Assembly (NCBI GenBank): GCA_023230565.1
Contig: JALNXD010000016.1
Coordinates: 973-64,972 of the forward strand
DNA length: 64,000 bases
Reading direction: 5' to 3'
Origin: Syntrophales bacterium
Lineage (GTDB): Bacteria; Desulfobacterota; Syntrophia; Syntrophales; UBA2210
The notes beneath the pieces were generated by a model that saw nothing but the letters and a program-made list of their open reading frames with translations, searched no databases and had not been told where the DNA came from. Position numbers and translations under genes: made by a program. Within the stretch, counting starts at the first letter, position 1; each line of letters starts with the position of its first letter. Below, one piece after another: positions 9,627 through 18,797 of the stretch.

Positions 9627-11348
9627 ATGGATTTTAAGCAGATTGAAAAAGAATTCAAAGGCGAAGGAGAAATCGTCGTTTACAAACTGAAAGAATGGGC
9701 TGAGAAAAAGGGTGATTCCACCTTTATTTATTACGGAGAAGAAGATCAGAATTATTCTTTTGCGAAATTCAATCAACTTGCGAACAGTATTGCTCATGGA
9801 CTCCAGTCGCTGGGTGTCAAAAAAGGCGATCGGGTAAGTCTATTTTTGAAAAATTCATTTGTTTCGACTGTTTCCATGTTCGGCATCTGGAAGGCGGGTG
9901 CGGTATTTTGCCCGATCAATTACAATTTCAAAGGGAAGCTCCTTTCCTATCAGATAAAAGACGCGCAATCGAATATTTTAATTTCGGAAAGAGGCATGGT
10001 TCCCTTGCTGAACGAAGTCAAAGAAGACCTCCCGGATTTGAAGGTCATTCTTCACAGCCCGATAGAAGGCGAGCACGATTATAATGCAGATGCCTCTAAA
10101 TTTGCGCTGGATGCGTCCTTTGATGAAATGCCCTTTTCGGAATTCCTGAACGGTGATGTGAGTGATCCGGGCATTGAACTGCAATATTGGGATATGGCGA
10201 ACATCATATATACTTCAGGAACAACGGGGCTGCCAAAGGGTGTTGTTCATGCATACCGCTGGATGAACAATTACACTTTCAATTTAAGAAGACTGATCAC
10301 TCAGGATGACGTCATCTATAACGATTTACCGATGTATCATGTGGCCGGGGCTTTTGCACTGGTTGCAGGGGCGACATGGATCGGGTGCCCGATTGCGATG
10401 TGGGACCGTTTCAGCACAACTGATTTTTGGAAACGGATCAAAAAGAGCGGGGCAAGCTTTGCCGTTCTGATGGACGTGATGGTTCCATGGCTTACGAATG
10501 CGCCGGCAACCCCGGATGATAGGAACAACACATTGAATAAAGCCTATATGGCGCCATTGCCGGAGTATCATCAGAAAGTTGCCAGACGCTTCGGTTTTCA
10601 TTTTATAATGTCCGGTTTCGGGCAAACAGAAGCGGGAAACGGTGCGATATGCATCATGAAAGAACTGGAAGATGATGAAGGGACCCCGAAAGAACTGTAT
10701 AAAGGACATTCACCGAGCGAGATTCTTGCCATAGGAGAAAAATATGAAATGGGAATTCTGGACGGCCGAAAAGAAATGCCCAGGGGTTTTATGGGACGGC
10801 CCCCGTTTTTCTATGAGGCGAATATCCTGAACACGAAAGATGAAGAATGTGCACCCGGGGAACCAGGAGAACTTGTATTCCGCCCCAAGGTATCCCATCT
10901 TCTTTTCAGGGAATATTTCGAAAAACCCGAGGCGACGCTGAAGGCGTTTCGCAATCTGTGGTTTCACACCGGTGATGCCTGTTATAAGGATGAGAAGGGG
11001 AATTACTTCTTTATCGACAGGATGGGAGGTGTGATTCGTGTGAGGGGAGAATTTGTTTCTTCTTATCAGGTCGAAGATATAATAAACGGACATCCGAAAG
11101 TCGACGTTTCCGCCGCCCTGCCGATTCCTGCTGAAGTGGGCGATGAAAGCGACATAGCCGTTTTTATCGTACTTAAGCCCGGAATGGAATGCACTGAAGA
11201 AGAAATTCACGGATGGGCAAAAAAGCAGATGCCTAAATTCATGCTGCCCAAGTATGTCAGATTTATCGATGATCTTCCTAAAACTCCAACAAGCAAGATC
11301 GAAAAATACAAATTGCGTGAAATGGTGAAAGGAAATTCCGGAAAATAA
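9627..11348 (+). CDS. AMP-dependent acyl-CoA synthetase/ligase
   Basis: AMP-binding motif IIYTSGTTGLPKGV and a C-terminal PKTPTSKIEK. GGAGG lies 5 nt before the ATG at 9627. The track ORF starts at 9615. Confidence 0.85.
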   Translation: MDFKQIEKEFKGEGEIVVYKLKEWAEKKGDSTFIYYGEEDQNYSFAKFNQLANSIAHGLQSLGVKKGDRVSLFLKNSFVSTVSMFGIWKAGAVFCPINYNFKGKLLSYQIKDAQSNILISERGMVPLLNEVKEDLPDLKVILHSPIEGEHDYNADASKFALDASFDEMPFSEFLNGDVSDPGIELQYWDMANIIYTSGTTGLPKGVVHAYRWMNNYTFNLRRLITQDDVIYNDLPMYHVAGAFALVAGATWIGCPIAMWDRFSTTDFWKRIKKSGASFAVLMDVMVPWLTNAPATPDDRNNTLNKAYMAPLPEYHQKVARRFGFHFIMSGFGQTEAGNGAICIMKELEDDEGTPKELYKGHSPSEILAIGEKYEMGILDGRKEMPRGFMGRPPFFYEANILNTKDEECAPGEPGELVFRPKVSHLLFREYFEKPEATLKAFRNLWFHTGDACYKDEKGNYFFIDRMGGVIRVRGEFVSSYQVEDIINGHPKVDVSAALPIPAEVGDESDIAVFIVLKPGMECTEEEIHGWAKKQMPKFMLPKYVRFIDDLPKTPTSKIEKYKLREMVKGNSGK

Positions 11349-11534
11349 TTAATTGGCTTATTCCCCGGGAGAATTGGTTCCCGGAATTTATTGGCAATAA
11401 ATTTTTGAATTCGCAAGAGCAGTCAGTTTTTGATGATTCCGTTGAATCCTGATGGAATCCGGCTGACTTTCAGTGCGTGACTGAATAATGCTTTGTGAAT
11501 TCGGCAACCAGTCCGAAAAAAGAAGGAGGGGACG

Positions 11535-12728
11535 ATGAAGAAATTTGTTTTGGCGGTATCTGTAATTTCTGTAGTTTGCATTATTGGTTTGGCTCTTGGG
11601 GGTGGCGTCGCCTGCGCTGAAAAAGAGGTGCGCTTAGGGATTTTTACAGCCTTGACCGGTCCCGCATCGCCCTGGGGAGTCCCGATTTCTAGGACGCTCC
11701 TGCTCGATGCAGATAAGGTGAATGACGCAGGCGGATTCAAGGTCAACGGAGAAACTTACAAGTGGAAGGCATTTGTCTATGACCACAAATATATTCCTGC
11801 CGAAGCGGTCAAGGCTATGAACAAGGCAATCTATTCAGACAAGATTACCTTTTCAACCTCCACGGGCGGAAGCTGTGTGCTGGCCTGCCTTCCTCTCATA
11901 ACGAAAAACAACATAATATCCGTCCATCATGCGGCGGGGGGCAAAAAAGTAACGAATCCCGATCTACCCTATGTGTTCAGGTACAATCCCGGTATAGAAG
12001 CGTCATATGCGGTCGCCTTGAAGTACATGAAGGATACCTTCGGAATCAAGACAATCGCTTCGATTAATCCGGATGATGAAACAGGCAGGGCCAATGAGGA
12101 GGCGCTTAAGTATGTGAATGAAAAGGCTAAATTCAATTTTGATCTCCTGCCCAGCGAGTTTTTCGAGCGGGGTATAAAGGATTTTACACCGATACTGACA
12201 CGGCTTATCGCTAAAAATCCGGATCTGATTGAAACCGGGATGTGTGATCCCACGACCCAGGCGCTGGTATTGAAGCAGGCAAAGGAGCTTGGTTACAAGG
12301 GGAAGGTATACTGCATATGGTGGCCGAATGCGGAACAAGTGCTCAAGATAGCCGGTCCACTGGCTGAGGGAGCCATATTGGGAGTAATGCCGAACGAGCC
12401 GCAGACGCCGATCGCAAAAGACCTTTACGCCAGATATCTCAAAAAATATCCTGCCGATGAATGGCATGGCGGATATTATGTTCAGTACGGGCTTTTCCAG
12501 TGCATAACAAAGGCGCTGGAAGAAGCGCAGAGCTTCGAGCCGGCCAAGGTTGCAGACGCTCTTGAGGATGTAATATGGCAGGGTCCGCTGGGAGAACGGA
12601 GGTGGGGAGGAACAGAGCTTTTCGGAATCAAGCGCCAGATGCTGATGCCTGTTTCACTGCAGACAATTGAAAATGGGAAACTGGTTCATTTGTTGACGTC
12701 TCCCGTACCCCCGGGAATTCTGGACTAG
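11535..12728 (+). CDS. ABC-transporter periplasmic substrate-binding protein (LivK/type 1 PBP family), copy 2
   Basis: 397 aa and collinear without gaps with copy 1. GAAGGAGG RBS upstream. Confidence 0.85.
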   Translation: MKKFVLAVSVISVVCIIGLALGGGVACAEKEVRLGIFTALTGPASPWGVPISRTLLLDADKVNDAGGFKVNGETYKWKAFVYDHKYIPAEAVKAMNKAIYSDKITFSTSTGGSCVLACLPLITKNNIISVHHAAGGKKVTNPDLPYVFRYNPGIEASYAVALKYMKDTFGIKTIASINPDDETGRANEEALKYVNEKAKFNFDLLPSEFFERGIKDFTPILTRLIAKNPDLIETGMCDPTTQALVLKQAKELGYKGKVYCIWWPNAEQVLKIAGPLAEGAILGVMPNEPQTPIAKDLYARYLKKYPADEWHGGYYVQYGLFQCITKALEEAQSFEPAKVADALEDVIWQGPLGERRWGGTELFGIKRQMLMPVSLQTIENGKLVHLLTSPVPPGILD

Positions 12729-12768
12729 AAGTCGCCTGAAGAGAGTCTGGTCCATTGAACTGCTTGAC

Positions 12769-12802
12769 ACAGGCTGCCCCGTTTCAGGGCGGGGCAGCCT
12801 GT
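12769..12802. terminator. Bidirectional hairpin terminator between convergent genes
   Basis: ACAGGCTGCCCCG-tttcaggg-CGGGGCAGCCTGT forms a perfect 13-bp GC-rich stem. Confidence 0.7.
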
Positions 12803-12894
12803 CAAAAGGACCGCGGTTTTATGCTTCCTCACGGTGACCGTAATGTATTTAGTCAATAAAAGCCGCAATAAACTAAAAATTACCGGTCACATTT

Positions 12895-13344
12895 TCAAAT
12901 AAATGTCATAGTGAGTGCTTCGGCGATGCAGGCCGGTTTTTCCTGCCCCTCGATTTCTATCGTATGGGTATGAGTGAGGAGATAGCGCCCGTTTCCCTTG
13001 TCTTCGAAATTCGAAAGAACGATGCGGTCACGGATTCTTGATCCCGAAATGACGGGATTCAGAAAACGGACTTTATTAAGGCCGTAATTAACCGACATCT
13101 TTTCATTATCAAACTGCATCGGTATTTGGTACCCGAAAAAAGGGATATGGCACAGCGTCAAGAAACCGTGTGCAATAGTATTCCCAAAGGGACCTTTCTC
13201 CGATCTTTCCACATCCACATGAATCCACTGGTGATCCCCCGTACAGTCGGCGAACTGGTTTATTTTATCTTGCTTCACCTCCGTCCAGTCTGAAAGAAAT
13301 ACTTCTTTGCCGATCATTTTTTTCATTTCCTCAACTGATGCCAT
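12895..13344 (-). CDS. MaoC-like (R)-specific enoyl-CoA hydratase/dehydratase
   Basis: Hot-dog fold signature DHQWIHVDVERSEKGPFGNTIAHG. Confidence 0.8.
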   Translation of the reverse strand: MASVEEMKKMIGKEVFLSDWTEVKQDKINQFADCTGDHQWIHVDVERSEKGPFGNTIAHGFLTLCHIPFFGYQIPMQFDNEKMSVNYGLNKVRFLNPVISGSRIRDRIVLSNFEDKGNGRYLLTHTHTIEIEGQEKPACIAEALTMTFI

Positions 13345-13705
13345 TTCTTTTTCTCCTTTTCATAATCGATTCGATGTTGCCCAATATTTTCACTCAGAAT
13401 TTTACTCTATAGCCCTTTTGCCATGATATTGTGCTTGACATGACTGCAAATAGTGGTTTACATTTCCAACACTGCTAGCTCCTATACCATAACAAGTGGT
13501 TAAAAGACGAGCAGGATTTTTTTTTGGAATGCTGGTAACACGATTTAATAATAAGTAATATGATTTTGCAAAAAAATGAGGAAGATCTTTTACCAAGTTT
13601 CTCTTTAAATTAACCATATATAAGTCTGATTAGTAGTCTGCTTGAAAGAAGTACTGTTGCGCGCCGGTAGCACGAATAACTAAATCTTATTACGGAGGAT
13701 GTGCG

Positions 13706-15898
13706 ATGAAATGTTTCAATTTTGGGATTTGTGTTACGGCTTTATTGATTTATTCTTTCATTATGCCGGGCCTTGCTGAAGCAGTACAGGAAAAGCCTTC
13801 TGCGGTGCTCGAAGAGGTGGTGGTCACGGCGTCGAAGACGGTGCAGGTGTCCGATGAAGCACCGGGAAGTGTTGAGATTATCACTTCAAAAGAATTGGAA
13901 GCACGCAATATCAAAACAGTGGATCAGGCCCTGGCTGATGTAGCCGGCGCCTTCCAAAAGCGGAACAAGGGAATAATGGATTCAACAAGTTCCATCTACA
14001 TGCGCGGGTTTAACGGAGATCAATATACGCTGATCCTTCTCGACGGTCAGCCCCTCAACGATGCCTATACCGGCGGTCTTGAATGGGGGGCTCTGCCGGT
14101 AAGCAATATAGAGCGAATCGAAGTTGTGAAAGGTGCGGCATCGGCCCTTTACGGTGGTAATGCCATGGGAGGAGTCGTGAACATCATCACGAAAACGCCG
14201 GAAAAGCGTGAGGCACGCATAAGTGCCGGTTATGGATCCCACAATGCAAAACGGCTCCGCCTTCATGCGGGAGATCGTTTCAATGATGCCCTGAGCCTTC
14301 GTATCGGATACGAGGTCGAGTCGACGGACGGGTACGGAACGACGCCCGTCGTCAGGACGATCTCTGCCGGAGCAGGAACGATCGCGGGAGGATACGGTAT
14401 GGTGGATAAATACGGAAATGCAACAAAGTGGGTTGTCGGTGACAAGGGGAAAAACGGTGCCGAAAGAAGCAGTATCGACGCAAAGATGTCTTACGATTAC
14501 TCCGATTCAGGGAATCTCGCCTTTGGCTTTGTAAAGGGACGCCATGAGTATGACTACGAGCATCCTGATTCATACATGGGAACCTTCACGGGATCAGCTA
14601 TTGCCGGAACAAATCTTAAAGCCTCCTTCAGTCCCAACAATTTCATTGATTATACCGGTATCGGCCGCAATGATACGGAGGTATACACCCTTTCCTTCAA
14701 AGAGCTTTTCGGTGAGTGGCAGGTGGATGCACAAATCGGGATGGTGCTCACGGATGACCGTTATACCACCGAATCAGGGGGGGCTGCCGCCACCTACGAC
14801 GATTCGCCCGGCAGTCTGAAAATAACCGAAACAAGAACGTTATTTTCGGAAATTCGCACCTCCGTTCCCCTCGGACTGTTCCATATACTCACTCTCGGTG
14901 CATCCTTTCGCACCGACGAATCGGATACTGATGATTATAACGTTCCGTTTTATCGCAGTTTTGAGGGACGAAGCGGAAGCACCTTCTACTCCGGCGGCGA
15001 GGACCGGATCGGTGCCATATTTGTGCAGGACGAGTGGCACATTGCAGAACCGTTTACGGTGTTTTTGGGTGGGCGCTTCGATACCTGGGAGGTGACCGAT
15101 GGAGCGTCGGGAGTGCCCGGTGCCGAAACGCGATACGAAAGTACGGACGATTCCCATTTCAGTCCCAAAATTGCCGCAGTGTGGAAGGCTTTTGAGAATA
15201 CGACTGTACGTGCGTCGGTGGGGCATGCCTTCCGTCCTCCCACACTATATGAACTGTACCGTACGTGGACGTCCTGGGGAACGACCTATCAGAGTAATCC
15301 AGAGCTGAAACCGGAAAAAGTATGGGCCTATGAAATAGGGGTAACCCGGTATTTTTTTAACAGGAAAACCAGACTTGCGCTCACCGGATATCGTAACGAC
15401 ACGGAAGATTTAATATATTACCAGGTGAACGGCGCCACCAGGAAGAGAATGAACGCCGGAGAAGCGAGGACCTACGGCCTGGAATTCGAGGCATCCCAGA
15501 GGCTCACGGATATATTTACGATTTGGGGAAACTACACCTTTACGAATGCAAAGATAATAGAGAACCCTACTGATCCCGCAAGCGAAGGGAAGCGTGTGAC
15601 GGGAATACCCCGTACGACGGTGCGGATAGGTGTCGATGCGGCACACAAATGGTTCGAAGGGAGTCTGATCGGGCGGTATGCCGGCAAGGTATTCAACGAT
15701 TCGGATAACGGAGATACGGCGGAAGGGGTGTACAGTACCTATGAATCCTATGTGGCGGTGGACGGTAAGATTACGTTCAAACCTCTCAAATGGATGGATC
15801 TCTCCTTTTCGGTGGACAATATATTCGATGAGGAATACTACCTGTACTACAAAGGTGACGGCCGTACCTATTTTGTTGAGATGACGTTTAAATACTAA
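13706..15898 (+). CDS. TonB-dependent outer-membrane receptor
   Basis: Signal peptide, then a TonB-box/plug region (EEVVVTASK, RIEVVKGAASALYGGNAMGGVVNIIT). The C-terminal barrel ends in an aromatic residue (TFKY). Confidence 0.9.
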   Translation: MKCFNFGICVTALLIYSFIMPGLAEAVQEKPSAVLEEVVVTASKTVQVSDEAPGSVEIITSKELEARNIKTVDQALADVAGAFQKRNKGIMDSTSSIYMRGFNGDQYTLILLDGQPLNDAYTGGLEWGALPVSNIERIEVVKGAASALYGGNAMGGVVNIITKTPEKREARISAGYGSHNAKRLRLHAGDRFNDALSLRIGYEVESTDGYGTTPVVRTISAGAGTIAGGYGMVDKYGNATKWVVGDKGKNGAERSSIDAKMSYDYSDSGNLAFGFVKGRHEYDYEHPDSYMGTFTGSAIAGTNLKASFSPNNFIDYTGIGRNDTEVYTLSFKELFGEWQVDAQIGMVLTDDRYTTESGGAAATYDDSPGSLKITETRTLFSEIRTSVPLGLFHILTLGASFRTDESDTDDYNVPFYRSFEGRSGSTFYSGGEDRIGAIFVQDEWHIAEPFTVFLGGRFDTWEVTDGASGVPGAETRYESTDDSHFSPKIAAVWKAFENTTVRASVGHAFRPPTLYELYRTWTSWGTTYQSNPELKPEKVWAYEIGVTRYFFNRKTRLALTGYRNDTEDLIYYQVNGATRKRMNAGEARTYGLEFEASQRLTDIFTIWGNYTFTNAKIIENPTDPASEGKRVTGIPRTTVRIGVDAAHKWFEGSLIGRYAGKVFNDSDNGDTAEGVYSTYESYVAVDGKITFKPLKWMDLSFSVDNIFDEEYYLYYKGDGRTYFVEMTFKY

Positions 15899-15916
15899 TG
15901 ATCGCATGGAGATTTC

Positions 15917-16975
15917 ATGTATCGCAATGTAGGAAGGTTAATAGCGGTTTTACTTTTTCTGTTCTTCGCAGGAGGGGTTGCGCAGGATCTGTTGGCCAAT
16001 GATAATGTGCCGGCACACACCGTTGTCGTGACCGATGCCCGAGGAAGATCGGTGCACGTTCCCCTGCCGGTGGCGCGCCTTGTCCTTTTAAATTCCGATG
16101 CCCTGGAAGTAGTCAGTGCTTTGGGTGCCATGAACATGGTGGCAGGTGTGCCGCAAACAGTCGCTGAAGATCCGTTCTGGAAAAACAGGGTTGGAGAAAT
16201 GCAGGCCGTCGGCCGCTGGAATGAACCGAATTATGAGGTCATTGCCACCCTGAGTCCTTCGGCCGTGATTGCCTACGCTCATCAACCCGGAGACGAATTG
16301 GAACGGAAAATGGCCTCGTTCGGCATTACTGTGGTGAGGCTCGATTTCTATAGAATTAGCACCTTGAAAAGGGAAGTTGAGACACTGGGCCGTATTCTTG
16401 AGCGAGAAGAGGCAGCTTCCCGACTTGTTGAATGGTACCGGCGCGCGGAACTTTCAATTGTAGAGAGAGTGCGGGACTGCCCGGTGCGGCCCAGTGTCTA
16501 CATCGAAAGTTATTCTGATTATCATACGGCCGGACCGGGCTCAGGGGCACACGAAATGTGCATCCTCGCGGGCGGCCGTAATATTGCGGAAAATTTTACT
16601 ATCCCCTATTCCGAAATTACCGGCGAATGGGTTCTTTCGCAACAGCCGGATGTGATTGTCAAAGCGGCCAATATTATCGGAGGGAAACTGTCTGATACCT
16701 CCAGGCGGCTCAGTGAACTTCGGAACAGAATTACACAGCGACCTGCATGGGAGCGTCTTCGTGCCGTTCGCCAGGACCGTGTATATGTGATGGCAAACGA
16801 CATCTGGACGGGCCCCCGTGCAATTATCGGAGTCGCTCATATGGCGGCATGGATGTATCCTGAGCGTTTTCGGGGGAATGATCCTGAAGAGCTCCACCGG
16901 CGTTATTGCAAGGACTTTCAGGGCGTGATCTACGAAGGGTGCTGCGTCTATCCCATACCGGGAGGAGTGCGATAG
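15917..16975 (+). CDS. ABC-transporter periplasmic binding protein, BtuF/FecB (cluster A, class 8) family
   Basis: Signal peptide. Pattern VVVTDARGRSVHVP..RLV and the position directly before the FecCD permease. Confidence 0.8.
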   Translation: MYRNVGRLIAVLLFLFFAGGVAQDLLANDNVPAHTVVVTDARGRSVHVPLPVARLVLLNSDALEVVSALGAMNMVAGVPQTVAEDPFWKNRVGEMQAVGRWNEPNYEVIATLSPSAVIAYAHQPGDELERKMASFGITVVRLDFYRISTLKREVETLGRILEREEAASRLVEWYRRAELSIVERVRDCPVRPSVYIESYSDYHTAGPGSGAHEMCILAGGRNIAENFTIPYSEITGEWVLSQQPDVIVKAANIIGGKLSDTSRRLSELRNRITQRPAWERLRAVRQDRVYVMANDIWTGPRAIIGVAHMAAWMYPERFRGNDPEELHRRYCKDFQGVIYEGCCVYPIPGGVR

Positions 16976-18009
16976 TGGCTGGTGAAACAGGAACCCTTAT
17001 CCGTCGCTACAGGCGTCTGAATGCCCGAAAGCTTTTCGTCCTGGTGGCTCTTTTTGCAATAATGATCGGCTTTGCCCTTGTGGGGCTTACTCAGGGATCC
17101 GCCAATCTGGGGTGGAAAGGGGCAATTGAATCGCTGTGGCGTAACACCGGCGATGCCCATGCCATTATATGGAATCTGAGGCTTCCCCGGATTGCAATGG
17201 CTGTAGTGGCCGGGTGGGGACTGGCCTTGGCAGGAACAGTGTTTCAGGCGATCCTTCGGAATCCCCTGGCATCTCCTTATACACTTGGCATTGCGTCAAG
17301 CGCCGGATTCGGGGCCGTAGCGGCCATCGTAACCGGCACGGGATTCTATAATGAATACGTAATTGCTGGAAATGCATTTCTCTGTGCCCTTTTTTCATCT
17401 TTTTTGATTCTGGGAGTCGCCCGCATGAAAGGGTCCACCACGGAAACGCTCGTTCTTGCGGGAATTGCAATCATGTTTCTTTTTTCTTCACTCAGCTCTC
17501 TTTTCCAGTACATGGGGACGAAAGAGGAAGTGCATGCAATAGTGTTCTGGTTTTTCGGAAGTCTCTCCAAGGTGGGGTGGAAAGAAATCGGAATGGCATC
17601 GGCCATGGTGTTTGTGCCATGCCCGTTTATTTACAGGATGTCCCTTGACTTCAATCTTCTGGCCGTCGATGATGAATCTGCAGTGTCGATGGGGGTCAAT
17701 ATCGGGAAAACGCGGATTGTGGCGCTTGTGCTTGCGTCACTGATTACTGCGGGGGCCATTTGCTTTATTGGTGTAATCGGCTTTATCGGTCTCGTATCGC
17801 CTCATATTGCCAGGATGATCGTCGGGGGCGATCACCGATATCTGTTTCCGACAGCCGCGCTGCTTGGATCGTCACTGGTGCTGGCTGCCGATACAGTGGG
17901 AAGGACTCTATGGGCGCCTCAGGTGATTCCCATCGGTATTGTCACCTCCTTCATCGGAGTGCCTTTTTTGTTCTACCTGCTGATGAGACGCAGAAAGGAG
18001 TACTGGTAA
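16975..18009 (+). CDS. FecCD/BtuC-family ABC permease
   Basis: The sequence has multiple TM segments, IWNLRLPRI, and a C-terminal GIVTSFIGVPFFLYLL-type motif. The start is either GTG at 16975 (overlapping the upstream TAG, GGAGG 9 nt upstream) or ATG at 16906. Confidence 0.8.
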   Translation: MAGETGTLIRRYRRLNARKLFVLVALFAIMIGFALVGLTQGSANLGWKGAIESLWRNTGDAHAIIWNLRLPRIAMAVVAGWGLALAGTVFQAILRNPLASPYTLGIASSAGFGAVAAIVTGTGFYNEYVIAGNAFLCALFSSFLILGVARMKGSTTETLVLAGIAIMFLFSSLSSLFQYMGTKEEVHAIVFWFFGSLSKVGWKEIGMASAMVFVPCPFIYRMSLDFNLLAVDDESAVSMGVNIGKTRIVALVLASLITAGAICFIGVIGFIGLVSPHIARMIVGGDHRYLFPTAALLGSSLVLAADTVGRTLWAPQVIPIGIVTSFIGVPFLFYLLMRRRKEYW

Positions 18010-18797
18010 TGCTCGTAATTAGAAGCCTTGGCACCTTCTATCGCAAGAGGCGGATTTTGATCGACATCGACATGGATCTTAAGACAGGCGAGGTCTTGAG
18101 TCTTGTCGGGCCGAACGGTGCGGGGAAAACAACCCTGTTGAAATGTTGTGTCGGTATACTGACACCCGGGGAGGGGACAATATGTATAGATGATCAGGAT
18201 GTGACCTGCCTTAATGGAAATACCCGGGCACGCCGTATCGGATATATGCCTCAGAGTTCGCCCTCTCGATTTCCCATGACCGTATTCGACACCGTTCTGA
18301 TGGGACGGCGATCCCACATGGCATGGAATCCATCGCGGCACGATCTCGAAATAGTTGAAACACTCATTAATGCAATGAATATTAACCATATTGCTTTCAG
18401 GAATTTTGATCATCTCAGCGGAGGGGAACAACAGAAGGTGTTGCTGGCACGGGCCTTTGCACAGGAGGCTGCCTATATTCTTCTGGATGAGCCTACAAGC
18501 AATTTGGACCTGAAGCATCAATTTGAACTTATGGATATGGTTGCCCGTATGGCGGCCACTGAATCAAGGGGGGTTATGGTGGCGATGCACGATCTTAATC
18601 TGGCCTCGCGCTATTCCCACCGGATCGCTATGCTCAGCGGGGGCCGCATCTGTTTCGTCGGTACCCCCTTTGAGGTCTTAACGCCGGACATAATAAAAGA
18701 CGTATATGGCGTGACGGTCACTGTAACACGTGTCAACGGCCATCCATATATTATGCCTTCAACACATATAATTACGGATAGGCGGAGCAATACATGA
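18009..18797 (+). CDS. ABC-transporter ATPase (FecE/BtuD-like)
   Basis: Walker A GPNGAGKTT, signature LSGGEQQ, Walker B ILLDEPT. The ATG overlaps the permease stop (TAATG). The track ORF 17760.. is an out-of-gene N-terminal extension. Confidence 0.85.
   Translation: MLVIRSLGTFYRKRRILIDIDMDLKTGEVLSLVGPNGAGKTTLLKCCVGILTPGEGTICIDDQDVTCLNGNTRARRIGYMPQSSPSRFPMTVFDTVLMGRRSHMAWNPSRHDLEIVETLINAMNINHIAFRNFDHLSGGEQQKVLLARAFAQEAAYILLDEPTSNLDLKHQFELMDMVARMAATESRGVMVAMHDLNLASRYSHRIAMLSGGRICFVGTPFEVLTPDIIKDVYGVTVTVTRVNGHPYIMPSTHIITDRRSNT

Noticed and set aside
13345-13705. Possible cobalamin riboswitch in the 360-nt leader of the TonB-dependent receptor
   Set aside because: Reading both strands, I found no B12-box-like element (GCCACTG core) and no conserved surrounding helices. 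A covariance-model search would be decisive, but nothing supports the call by eye.
17760-18008. N-terminal 83-aa extension of the ABC ATPase ORF in the track
   Set aside because: The extension lies inside the permease gene in another frame. The ATPase homology starts at the ATG at 18009, which overlaps the permease stop (TAATG).
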